A stretch of 64,000 nt of DNA, from contig JALOQK010000003.1 in the NCBI GenBank assembly GCA_025453395.1, positions 18,711 to 82,710 of the forward strand, written 5' to 3'. How positions within the stretch are numbered: the first letter of the stretch is position 1; each line of letters begins with the position of its first letter. Both the position numbers and the translations under genes were made by a program. The DNA comes from Candidatus Omnitrophota bacterium. Its GTDB lineage: Bacteria; Omnitrophota; Gorgyraeia; Gygaellales; Profunditerraquicolaceae. Positions 27,018 through 38,447 of this stretch are shown in pieces. The notes under the pieces were generated by a model. The model was not told where the DNA came from. It did not search any database and saw nothing but the letters and a program-made list of their open reading frames with translations.

Positions 27018-27602
27018 TTACCTTCCTTTTATTTTACTCTCAATTATCCCGCGCAACTTTTGCTGGGCGGTTTTCAAGTTATCATTGACTATGCAATAAT
27101 CAAATCCCTGGGCAGACTTTATTTCCTTTTTAGCAAGAAAAATCCTTCTTTTGATCTCTTTCTCTGATGTAGCGCCGCAGCGGTTCCTGATCCTCTTTTC
27201 CAACTCACTCAGCGACGGAGGCATAATAAAAATGGCCGTTGCGCAAGAAGGATAAGAGCGCTTAATTCTTCTTGCGCCTTTCAGGTCCAGGCACATGATT
27301 ATTTGCTTATCCTTGCTAAGGTTTTGGTCTATGAAGTCTTTGGGAGTCCCGTAATCATACCCTAAATACCGGGTCCATTCAAGGATTTTTTTTGCCCTTT
27401 TCAGGCGCTGGAATTCTTTTTTAGAGACGAAGAAATAATCTTTTTTATCTGCCTCTGTTGAGCGCTTGGGGCGGGTAGTCAAAGACACCGAGCGCATCAA
27501 GCGCATCTTAGAAATAGCGGACTTAAGAAGGCTCTTGGCCAGCGTTGTCTTGCCTGATCCCGACGGCCCGCAGACAACAAAAATGTTTCCCTTAATCAAC
27601 AT
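27018..27602 (-). CDS. gmk: Guanylate kinase
   Basis: GPSGSGKTT, SLTTRPKR..E...DYFFVS, YGTP. Confidence 0.93.
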   Translation of the reverse strand: MLIKGNIFVVCGPSGSGKTTLAKSLLKSAISKMRLMRSVSLTTRPKRSTEADKKDYFFVSKKEFQRLKRAKKILEWTRYLGYDYGTPKDFIDQNLSKDKQIIMCLDLKGARRIKRSYPSCATAIFIMPPSLSELEKRIRNRCGATSEKEIKRRIFLAKKEIKSAQGFDYCIVNDNLKTAQQKLRGIIESKIKGR

Positions 27603-28416
27603 TTTGCGCCTGTTCCCGGATTTTTTCTATAAGGCTTTTTATCTGCACGGCGCGGGAAGAAACCATCTTATCGCAGGATTTAGCCGCCATGGTATTTGCT
27701 TCTCTTTGCATTTCCTGAGCGATAAAATCCAGCTCCTTGCCCACGGAATTATTTTTAGCTAATTTTTGGAGGAAACTTTTAGCGTGAAAGGTTAAACGGT
27801 CCATCTCCTCGGTAATATCGGAATTGCGTAAAAACGCGGATTTCTCCTCGTCGCTTTTAAGGACCGCCAGCTTCAATTTGCTTGACCTGGCAAACCTTTG
27901 CTTAACCAGGGCGACATCAATTAAAAGCTTGTTGGCCATTTTGCGCAAAATTTTTTCTAAAGCGGTGCCTTCCTTATGGCGCATCCTTAACAGATCATCC
28001 AGCGCCCCGCTTAAGGCGTTTCTTACGTGCGGCAACAAGGCCTCTTTATCTTGCCCGGTTTCTTTCAAAGACAAAACCCCCGGCAGCCTGATCAGTGTAT
28101 CCAAAGAAATATTTTCGCTAGTTGAAAAATCCCTTTGGATCTGCCTTAAAGCAAAACTGTATTTTTTCAAAAGCTGGCTGTTCACCGACACATCCTGCGG
28201 ATATTTTATCTGGATGTCTATTGCGCAAGAGATTCTGCCTCGCCTGATCCTGTTTTCAATCTGCTCTCTGATCGCCTCTTCAAGCCCAAGATGACCCTCG
28301 GAAAGATGAAGCGCCACCTCGCGGAATTTGTGATTGGTGCTTCTTATCTGCACGGAGATCTTCCCGTTTTTTACTTTCACAAGACTAAAACCAAAACCTG
28401 TCATGCCCTGAATCAT
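27592..28416 (-). CDS. yicC: YicC/YloC-family endoribonuclease
   Basis: MTGFG, DITEEMDRL, GKELDFIAQEMQREANT, EKIREQAQNVD. Confidence 0.92.
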   Translation of the reverse strand: MIQGMTGFGFSLVKVKNGKISVQIRSTNHKFREVALHLSEGHLGLEEAIREQIENRIRRGRISCAIDIQIKYPQDVSVNSQLLKKYSFALRQIQRDFSTSENISLDTLIRLPGVLSLKETGQDKEALLPHVRNALSGALDDLLRMRHKEGTALEKILRKMANKLLIDVALVKQRFARSSKLKLAVLKSDEEKSAFLRNSDITEEMDRLTFHAKSFLQKLAKNNSVGKELDFIAQEMQREANTMAAKSCDKMVSSRAVQIKSLIEKIREQAQNVD

Positions 28417-28928
28417 GTTTTTTCTCCTTGAGCCCAAGCCTGGACAATCTTACTGTCTTTCTTTTCTTTCGTCGGATAAAGATCCACTATGATTTCTTCG
28501 GGAGTAAACCATAATTTAATTTCTCTCTCGGCCTCTTCGGGATTTGAAGAAACATGGATCACGTTCTCAAAAAGCCCGGAGGTCAAAATCCTACCGTATG
28601 AGCCGCGAATAGATGTGGGCTCTGCTTCTTCGGGATTAGTCGCCCCTGCTAATTGACGGCATTTATTAATCGCCTCTTCTCCCCAATAAACCAAGGCCAT
28701 AACCTTGCGCCTGTCGTGGAGTTCCCCGCGCAGATACTTGATAAGCTCCCCAAAAAACGGTTTGTCTTGCAGGTGCTTATAGTGCTCTTTGGCCAGCTCT
28801 TCTGAAACCCTGACCATCCTGGCCGCGACTATTTCCAGCTTGGTCTCGGACAAACGGGTCAGGATATTTCCGGTCAAAGATTTTTTTAGCCCATCGGGTT
28901 TAATCAAAACCAAAACTGCCTGCCCCAT
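28413..28928 (-). CDS. ndk: Nucleoside diphosphate kinase
   Basis: LIKPDG, GATNP, SIRG, NVIHVSS. Confidence 0.92.
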   Translation of the reverse strand: MGQAVLVLIKPDGLKKSLTGNILTRLSETKLEIVAARMVRVSEELAKEHYKHLQDKPFFGELIKYLRGELHDRRKVMALVYWGEEAINKCRQLAGATNPEEAEPTSIRGSYGRILTSGLFENVIHVSSNPEEAEREIKLWFTPEEIIVDLYPTKEKKDSKIVQAWAQGEKT

Positions 28929-28930
28929 AA

Positions 28931-29779
28931 TCAATTACCTCCCTTGATTTTATTAGCAATTCTTTCTAAGTCAGCTTCAGAATAAAATTCTATAGTTATG
29001 ACCCCGCGTTTTTTACCTTTAACCACCCGCACTTTGGTAGCCAGCGCTTGCTGTAATTGTTCCTCTATGACTTCGATCAGGGTTGCTTTTCCCGCAAAGC
29101 AAGGCCGTGCCTTAGTTTTACGCACCCTGCGGCTTTTCAATAAATTTTCCAATTCCCGCACAGACAGATTTCTTGCTATTACTTCGTGCGCGATCTTTTT
29201 CTGTAATTGCTCGTCGGTAATTTCCAAAAGCGCCTTGCCATGGGCAAAGCTTAACGCGCCGTTTTTGATCTTCTCTTGTATTTCCGGCGGAAGATTTAAT
29301 AACCTTAAGGTGTTAGCCACGCTGGCACGGGCTCTTCCCAAAACCTCGCTTACCTTCTCCTGGGTTAGTTCAAATTTATCAATCAGGTATTTATAGGCGC
29401 GCGCTTCTTCTATCGGATTTAAGCTCTGCCTTTGAATATTTTCAATTAAAGCAAGCTCTAAAGATTCCTTATCATCGGCATCTTTTATCACTGCCGGGAT
29501 CTTTGCCATATTCAAGCTCTGCGCAGCCCGCAATCTTCTTTCCCCCGCGATAAGTTCATAATCTTCACCGTGCCTGCGCACCAACACCGGCTGGATCACG
29601 CCTTTTTCTTTTATGGACTGAACAAGTTCATCCAGGCTCTGGGCGTCAAAATCTTCCCGGGGCTGAAAAGGATTAGGCCTAATCTTAGCAATTGGGATTT
29701 CATCCGCAGAAGAGCCGATGATTTCTTCCTTTTCCGGAATTAATGCGTTTAACCCTTTACCAAGCGCTCTTTTTTCCAT
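28931..29779 (-). CDS. parB: Chromosome partitioning protein ParB
   Basis: QPR, AGERRLRA, ENIQR, HTH. Confidence 0.96.
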   Translation of the reverse strand: MEKRALGKGLNALIPEKEEIIGSSADEIPIAKIRPNPFQPREDFDAQSLDELVQSIKEKGVIQPVLVRRHGEDYELIAGERRLRAAQSLNMAKIPAVIKDADDKESLELALIENIQRQSLNPIEEARAYKYLIDKFELTQEKVSEVLGRARASVANTLRLLNLPPEIQEKIKNGALSFAHGKALLEITDEQLQKKIAHEVIARNLSVRELENLLKSRRVRKTKARPCFAGKATLIEVIEEQLQQALATKVRVVKGKKRGVITIEFYSEADLERIANKIKGGN

Positions 29780-29830
29780 AGTCTCTCCTGATTTATGGCC
29801 TTATAAATGTCCAATCTGCAGTTTGGACAT

Positions 29831-30586
29831 TTATTTCATCATTTCCTTGGATAACTCTTCATACTTCAGCGCCCCCAAAGATTCCTTATCATACAAAGCT
29901 ATGGGCTTGCCAAAACTAGGGGCTTCTGTTAAACGAATACTTCTGGGTATAATAGTGTGGTAAACTTTATCTTTAAAATGTCCTCTTACCTCTTCAACCA
30001 CTTCCTTAGTTAAGTTGGTGCGAAAATCCGCCATAGTTAAAAGCACGCCTTCAATGATTAGGCTTTGATTGAGGTTATTTTTTATAAGATTAACAGTATT
30101 AAGGAGTTGCGACACGCCTTCTAGGGCATAATATTCACATTGCACCGGCACCAAAACTGAATCTGCGGCACAAAGGGCGTTAATGGTAAGAAGCCCTAAT
30201 GACGGCGGCGAGTCAATAAAGATATAGTCGTAATTATCTTTTTCTTTGGACAGGGCTTTTTTTAAACGGTTCTCTCTGCCTAAGGCGCTGACTAATTCTA
30301 CTTCCGCGCCAGTCAAATCTAAATTTGCCGGGGCAACAAAAAAATTAGGCACTTCAGTAAGATGCAGTATGTCTTTAAGCTCTGCGTCTTCTAAGAGCAT
30401 ATGGTAAGTGCTTTTGGATACTTTATGCTTATCCACGCCTGAACCGCTGGTGGCATTGCCTTGGGGATCAAGATCTACCAAGACTACTTTCTTGCCAGCT
30501 AAAGCTAAATAGGCCGCAACGTTCACTGCTGTGGTGGTCTTGCCTGTGCCGCCCTTTTGATTACAAATAGTGATAATCTTGCCCAT
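29831..30586 (-). CDS. parA: Chromosome partitioning ATPase ParA/Soj
   Basis: NQKGGTGKTT, DLDPQGNA, QCEYYALEG, EAPSFG. Confidence 0.96.
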   Translation of the reverse strand: MGKIITICNQKGGTGKTTTAVNVAAYLALAGKKVVLVDLDPQGNATSGSGVDKHKVSKSTYHMLLEDAELKDILHLTEVPNFFVAPANLDLTGAEVELVSALGRENRLKKALSKEKDNYDYIFIDSPPSLGLLTINALCAADSVLVPVQCEYYALEGVSQLLNTVNLIKNNLNQSLIIEGVLLTMADFRTNLTKEVVEEVRGHFKDKVYHTIIPRSIRLTEAPSFGKPIALYDKESLGALKYEELSKEMMK

Positions 30587-30609
30587 AGAACGCTTTTTTT
30601 GACTTCAAT

Positions 30610-30656
30610 TGTTCCTCGTGGAACAATTGGCTTTTCAAATTGTTCCTCGTGGAACA
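30610..30656. promoter_or_regulatory. Two parS sites
   Basis: TGTTCCTCGTGGAACA at 30610-30625 and 30641-30656, matching the parS consensus TGTTNCACGTGAAACA, upstream of parA. Confidence 0.9.
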
Positions 30657-30680
30657 ATTTGGGACCTCTCCTTATTATCT

Positions 30681-30896
30681 CTATTTACCGCCCTCTGTCA
30701 AGTGATTTTCGCCTGCTTCTATTAGGTTCACCCTGATCTTGGCCAAGCTTGCCCCGGGCATGCCGAATAAACCTCGTTTTTCTTCGCTCAATATCTCAAT
30801 TTTAACTTTATTGCGCGGCAAGTTAAGCTTTTTAAGCGCTATTTGTACTGCTTCTTCTACGGTTGAGCCTACGACTTCTAATCCTTGTTTCTTCAT
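30681..30896 (-). CDS. Jag N-terminal domain-only protein
   Basis: GSTVEEAV..AL..L...KIEILSEEKRGLFGM; follows yidC; no KH or R3H domain. Confidence 0.8.
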   Translation of the reverse strand: MKKQGLEVVGSTVEEAVQIALKKLNLPRNKVKIEILSEEKRGLFGMPGASLAKIRVNLIEAGENHLTEGGK

Positions 30897-32419
30897 TTCG
30901 CTGCTTTCATTATGCGCGCCTGAAACGTAGCAGACATAGCGCTATTTACTAACCAATATAATACTAAGCCCGAAGGCATTGTATAAAAAATAAAGCCAAA
31001 AAGCACAGGCATAACAATGGTCATCATTTTTTGCTGTTGGGCATATTCACTATTAACCGCCTTGGGAGTAGAAACTTTTTGCTGTACCACCATGAGAATG
31101 GCCATTAAAATCGGCAGAATATTAATTTGCGTGCCTATGATTGGCAGGGCGCTCTTTAAAGTTATTGCCTTATCCGGCAAGGACAGATCATCTATCCAAA
31201 GAAAGCGCGCCCCTTTTAACACTATAGACCTCGTAAGAGCTTGGTATAAAGCAAAAAAGACGGGCATCTGCAACAAAAGCGGCAAGCACCCTCCCAAAGG
31301 ATTAACTTTATGTTCTTTATATAACTCTAAAGTCTCTCGTTGTAATTTTTGCGGGTTATCCTTATATTTAGCTTTTAGCTGTTCTATTTTGGGCTGCAGC
31401 ATTTGCATATCTTTCATGGCGCGCATCTGCTTAATGGTGAGCGGGAACAGAAGTGCATATATTGCAACACTTAACAACAAAATGGCCACGCCCCAATTGT
31501 GCACCATCCAATAAAATAATCTCAAGAGCTTGATCAACCCTTGGGAGATAACATCAAAAAAGCCATAATTAATAATTCCTACCCAATCTGGGTCAACAGG
31601 CTGGATTAAAGACCAGTCTTGCGGCCCTATATAGGCCTTACATATCAAGCTTCTCTTTTCGCCAGATTGGACAATTACAGGCTGAAATAAGATTGAAATC
31701 TCGCCAGATTGGACATTAATTTTGCTAATAGCAACGGTATTATTGTCTGTTTGTGGCTGTACAATATTGACAAAATATTGCTCTCTAAAAGCAGAAAAAT
31801 CAACCCCCTTTAATAATCTATCTTTATCCGGCCGCGCATGAGTAATTTTCCCCTGCGCAGAAACCGCGACATCTAAGAATTGGCCAGCTGGCCCAGTATT
31901 TTTTGCTGTGCCCAGCAAAAAAGGAGCAGAAAAAGCAATGGGGGAAGAAGAAAGATTGGTGATTTCTATTTCTAAGTCCATGCCATAGTTGGGCTTAGCG
32001 AAAATGAAGCGCTTTTTGATCTCCATGCCGCCGTCTTTTGCTGTGAAGGATATTTCTCTGGGGATCTGTTTTTCTTTCTTAAAAACTAATCTGCTGCCTT
32101 TTAACAAGAAGGCGTCTGTGAGGGTAAATTCATAATTTTTATATTTTTTAAAGGTCGCGCTTTCTATACTGGCGGTTTCTTCTTGAAAAGTAAAATCCAC
32201 GTCGGGCTGGTGGTAAATAATCCTAGTCGACGGTGCCGGCTTAACCGCAGGCGCCAAAGAAACACTTGCAGGATGTTGATCCTGCTCGCTGGGAGGCAAA
32301 ACCGTCTGCGCCGGAACATTGCCGGCAACAGTAGGCACGGCCTTTTTTTCTATGAACATGGACCAAAACATAATCACCATGCTAGAAAGAACTACTGCCA
32401 AGATAACTCTTTTTTCCAT
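30893..32419 (-). CDS. yidC: Membrane protein insertase YidC
   Basis: NWGVAI, LQPKI, NPLGGCLPLLLQMPVF, GLVLYW. Confidence 0.96.
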   Translation of the reverse strand: MEKRVILAVVLSSMVIMFWSMFIEKKAVPTVAGNVPAQTVLPPSEQDQHPASVSLAPAVKPAPSTRIIYHQPDVDFTFQEETASIESATFKKYKNYEFTLTDAFLLKGSRLVFKKEKQIPREISFTAKDGGMEIKKRFIFAKPNYGMDLEIEITNLSSSPIAFSAPFLLGTAKNTGPAGQFLDVAVSAQGKITHARPDKDRLLKGVDFSAFREQYFVNIVQPQTDNNTVAISKINVQSGEISILFQPVIVQSGEKRSLICKAYIGPQDWSLIQPVDPDWVGIINYGFFDVISQGLIKLLRLFYWMVHNWGVAILLLSVAIYALLFPLTIKQMRAMKDMQMLQPKIEQLKAKYKDNPQKLQRETLELYKEHKVNPLGGCLPLLLQMPVFFALYQALTRSIVLKGARFLWIDDLSLPDKAITLKSALPIIGTQINILPILMAILMVVQQKVSTPKAVNSEYAQQQKMMTIVMPVLFGFIFYTMPSGLVLYWLVNSAMSATFQARIMKAAK

Positions 32420-32427
32420 AACCTTCC

Positions 32428-32643
32428 TTAAGTTAGGTGATCTTCGCCCCCGTCGGAAAACGGGTTACAACGCAAGATCCGCCACACAGACTTTGCTGCG
32501 CCTTTGAACACTCCGTATTTCATAACTGCCTGGCGGCTGTATTCTGAACAGCTGGGATAGAAACGACAGCAAACCGGCAGCAACGGCCTGATAAGGCGCT
32601 GATATAATAATATAAAACTATTTATGAAACGCCTGATAACCAT
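32428..32643 (-). CDS. yidD: Membrane protein insertion efficiency factor
   Basis: CRFYPSCSEY...RCNPF.GG.D; ATG overlaps the rpmH stop (TAATG). Confidence 0.92.
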   Translation of the reverse strand: MVIRRFINSFILLYQRLIRPLLPVCCRFYPSCSEYSRQAVMKYGVFKGAAKSVWRILRCNPFSDGGEDHLT

Positions 32644-32780
32644 TAAGGACAAAGCGCTTTTCTGCCCTTTTGCCGACGACGGGATAAAACCGCCCTGCCG
32701 GACTTACTGGCCATGCGGCTTCTGAATCCATGGACTCTTACACCGACAATATTTGTTGGGGTTTTTAGGTGTTTCTTCAT
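32643..32780 (-). CDS. rpmH: 50S ribosomal protein L34
   Basis: [25 protein letters not shown]; AGGAG RBS; divergent from dnaA. Confidence 0.92.
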   Translation of the reverse strand: MKKHLKTPTNIVGVRVHGFRSRMASKSGRAVLSRRRQKGRKALCP

Positions 32781-32794
32781 TCCACTCTCCTTCA

Positions 32795-32923
32795 CAGTAG
32801 TGAACACCGGCGCAATTCCGATAAGCGCCGAGTGTTCCAGTAGTGAACACCGGCGCAATACTTCGCCAGCAAGGCGAACACCGGCACATCAAGTTGTGCC
32901 GGGTACGATAAGCGCCGAGTGTT
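32795..32923 (-). repeat. Tandem duplicated hairpin cassette in the rpmH 5' UTR
   Basis: CAGTAGTGAACACCGGCGCAAT (32795, 32838) and CGATAAGCGCCGAGTGTT (32819, 32906), each pair forming a stem. Confidence 0.85.
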
Positions 32924-32942
32924 AATAATATATAGGGGAGTA

Positions 32943-32970
32943 ATTATAACACAAACTCCAATCTAGTCAA
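32943..32970 (-). promoter_or_regulatory. rpmH operon promoter
   Basis: TTGACT-16 nt-TATAAT with extended -10 TG. Confidence 0.7.
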
Positions 32971-32997
32971 TACAACAATTACTTTTTTAATTTTTAG

Positions 32998-33120
32998 TTG
33001 ACTGATAGCTAAATCTTTGTATAATAAAGCCTCTAAGATTTTTACTTGCATATGCCTTTTAGCCTGTTATAATGTTTCCACAGGTTTATCCAATATGTGA
33101 ATAAGCTGTGGATTCTGTGA
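32998..33120 (+). promoter_or_regulatory. dnaA promoters and DnaA boxes
   Basis: TTGACT-16-TATAAT (32998-33025) and TTGCAT-16-TATAAT (33046-33073); box-like TTTCCACA, TGTGAATAA and TGTGGATTC downstream. Confidence 0.7.
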
Positions 33121-33127
33121 GAAAACC

Positions 33128-34468
33128 ATGGACATACTCTCCCTTTGGGAAACTACAAAGAACGGTTTGCGCGCGGACTTAGGCCAAACCCCGTTTGAAA
33201 CCTGGATTTTACCCTTACGGCCGCGGATGAACAATGCCAACAGCCTGATTTTGGAAGCCCCAGACAGTTTTTTCCGGGAATGGGTGGAAAAAAACTATAA
33301 ATCAGCCATCCAGGATGCTTTTAACCGCCACGCCAACCGGGTGGTTACTGTTGATATCGGGGTTTTGTCAGAGCCGCAGGCTGCTGCCGCAGCTGCAACA
33401 GAAACAAGGACGCCGATAAACACGCCCGAGTTCCAGCCTCAAAATGCCGCGGGGTTAAGCGCGCGCTACACTTTTGAAAACTTTATTGTGGGTTCTTCTA
33501 ACCGCCACGCCCATGCCTATTGTATGGCAGTAGCAGAAGCGCCTGCCAAAACTTATAACCCTTTGTTTATATACGGGGGGGTGGGCTTGGGCAAGACCCA
33601 TTTAATGCAGGCCACCTGCCACCAAATTCTTAAAAAGGCAGGCGGCAACCCAAAAATATGCTATATCACCTCGGAACGTTTCACTAATGAATTGATTGAG
33701 GCTATCCAAAAACATTCTACGGGCGCATTCCGCCAGAAATACCGCAATGTAGACGTGCTCGTGATAGACGATATCCAGTTTATCGCCGGAAAAGAATCCA
33801 CGCAGGAGGAATTTTTCCATACCTTTAACGCCCTGCATGACGCGCACAAGCAAATTATAATTTCTTCGGACCGGCCCCCTAAAGAAATTTCTAACCTGCA
33901 AGACCGGCTGGTGTCGCGTTTTAGTTGGGGCCTGACCACAGATATCCAGCCCCCGGACCTGGAAACCCGGGTGGCCATACTAAAGAAAAAAGTGGAGAGA
34001 GAACCCGTAGCTGTCCCCGACGACGTTTTGTTTTTTATCGCGGGGTTAATCAAAACCAATATCAGGGAATTAGAAGGGGCCTTGATCAGGACCATCGCTT
34101 ATTCTTTGTTAGAAGAAAAGCCTATCACCTTGGATCTGGCGCGCGAGGTTCTCAGGGATTTGCTAAAAGAACCCAAAAAACTCATCACTATTGATTTTAT
34201 CCAAAGGGTGGTGGCGGAAGATTTTGGGGTCTCTTTGGCGGATTTAAAAACAAAGCGCCGAAACAAAAATATCGTTTTGCCACGGCAGGTAGCTATGTAC
34301 ATAAGCAGAGAGTTAACGGATTTGTCGTTCCCGGAAATTGGCGGTTTTTTTGGCGGGAAAGACCACACTACGGTTTTGCATTCTTACAATAAAATCCGTT
34401 TGGGCGTCCAGGAAAACGAAACACTGAAAAATAAAATTCAACACCTTATACAGATTATACAGCAATAG
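33128..34468 (+). CDS. dnaA: Chromosomal replication initiator DnaA
   Basis: YNPLFIYGGVGLGKTHL, DDIQF, QEEFFHTFN, RELEGAL, GGKDHTTV. Confidence 0.98.
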   Translation: MDILSLWETTKNGLRADLGQTPFETWILPLRPRMNNANSLILEAPDSFFREWVEKNYKSAIQDAFNRHANRVVTVDIGVLSEPQAAAAAATETRTPINTPEFQPQNAAGLSARYTFENFIVGSSNRHAHAYCMAVAEAPAKTYNPLFIYGGVGLGKTHLMQATCHQILKKAGGNPKICYITSERFTNELIEAIQKHSTGAFRQKYRNVDVLVIDDIQFIAGKESTQEEFFHTFNALHDAHKQIIISSDRPPKEISNLQDRLVSRFSWGLTTDIQPPDLETRVAILKKKVEREPVAVPDDVLFFIAGLIKTNIRELEGALIRTIAYSLLEEKPITLDLAREVLRDLLKEPKKLITIDFIQRVVAEDFGVSLADLKTKRRNKNIVLPRQVAMYISRELTDLSFPEIGGFFGGKDHTTVLHSYNKIRLGVQENETLKNKIQHLIQIIQQ

Positions 34469-34600
34469 CTTATATTTTTATCCACAGTTTTTTTGCTGTA
34501 ACTATTTGGAATGATTGGGAGTTTTGTTTTATCAACAGAATACATAGCCCTACTAAGACAAATACTGTTTTTAGTTATTAAAATAATATTAATAGTAAGG
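34446..34600. other. oriC (dnaA-dnaN region)
   Basis: Perfect TTATCCACA at 34478 and TTATCAACA at 34529, then GCCC, trio-like TAC-TAA-GAC and an AT-rich tract; gene orientation switches here; parS nearby. Confidence 0.8.
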
Positions 34601-34607
34601 GGGATAT

Positions 34608-35699
34608 ATGAAGTTTAAAACCGAAAAAAATACTTTACTTGCGGCCATACAAACTGTGCAGAATGTGATAACCCCTAAATCGGCTTTACCTATATTAGCG
34701 AATATCCTAATAGAAACACAAAACAATGATTTAAAATTAACTGCCACGGATTTGGATATAGGGATAACCTGTGTAATACCTGTGGAGGTTGTTGAACAAG
34801 GGGCAATAACTATCCCAGCTAAACGCTTTAATGATATTGTCAGGGAACTGCCCGCGGATACGGTTGTTCTAAATAGCAAAAAAAATAACACGGTTGCGAT
34901 AGAGGCGCCTAGCTGCCAGTTTAAAATTATGGGTTTAGGTAAAGAGGAATTCCCCCGGCTGCCGGAATTTAAAGATAAAGAGGCTCTTAAGCTAGAGCAA
35001 GGGGTTTTGAAAGAAATGCTGCGCCTGACTTCTTTTGCGGTGTCTTTTGATGAGGCGCGATATATTTTAAATGGAATATTATTTAAAATCTCAAAAAACA
35101 CGCTTACTTTAGTGGCTACCGACGGGAAAAGACTGGCGGTGGTTGAGCGCAAACTAAAGCAAGAGGTAGAAAAAACCATGAACATGATAGTGCCCAGTAA
35201 AACCATACAGGAATTAAATCGCAACCTGCAAGAAGGCGGAGAGCTGACCGTTACACTGGGGAATAACCAGGTTTTGTTTGATTTGGGAGAAAAAGCGATC
35301 ATTTCCCGGCTTATTGAGGGGGAGTTCCCTGATTACCGGCAGGTTATCCCGCAGACTGCGGAAACAAAAATCACCTTAGACCGGGAACAATTTTTGCTGG
35401 CAGTAAAAAGAGCGGCGCTTTTAGCCACCCCGGATTACCAGGCGGTAAAATTCGAAGTTTTTAAAGATAAGATGGTTATTTCAAAATCAACACCGGATAT
35501 AGGGGAATCGCGCGAAGAAATCCACGCCTCTTATAAAGGCAAGGAGCTGGCGGTTGGTTTTAACCCCAGCTATATAATGGATGTGTTAAAAAATTTATCC
35601 GCCCAAAGCGTGGATTTTGAATTAACTGACAGCGAGAAGCCCGGGGTGTTCCGTTTGGAAGGGTATTCCTATATTGTGTTGCCGATGCGGTTGGGTTAG
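34608..35699 (+). CDS. dnaN: DNA polymerase III beta clamp
   Basis: LTATDL, ATDGKRLA, RLIEGEFPDY, VLPMRL. Confidence 0.97.
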   Translation: MKFKTEKNTLLAAIQTVQNVITPKSALPILANILIETQNNDLKLTATDLDIGITCVIPVEVVEQGAITIPAKRFNDIVRELPADTVVLNSKKNNTVAIEAPSCQFKIMGLGKEEFPRLPEFKDKEALKLEQGVLKEMLRLTSFAVSFDEARYILNGILFKISKNTLTLVATDGKRLAVVERKLKQEVEKTMNMIVPSKTIQELNRNLQEGGELTVTLGNNQVLFDLGEKAIISRLIEGEFPDYRQVIPQTAETKITLDREQFLLAVKRAALLATPDYQAVKFEVFKDKMVISKSTPDIGESREEIHASYKGKELAVGFNPSYIMDVLKNLSAQSVDFELTDSEKPGVFRLEGYSYIVLPMRLG

Positions 35700-38404
<2,705 letters not shown>

Positions 38405-38447
38405 CATGTTAAACATTAAATAAGCTTAAAGCTTAGGATTATAAATT

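Noticed and set aside
32643-32925. N-terminally extended L34 and overlapping ORFs; leader as RNase P RNA
   Set aside because: A good RBS sits at the MKKHL start and the extensions translate the repeats; the leader is too short and lacks the RNase P P4 consensus.
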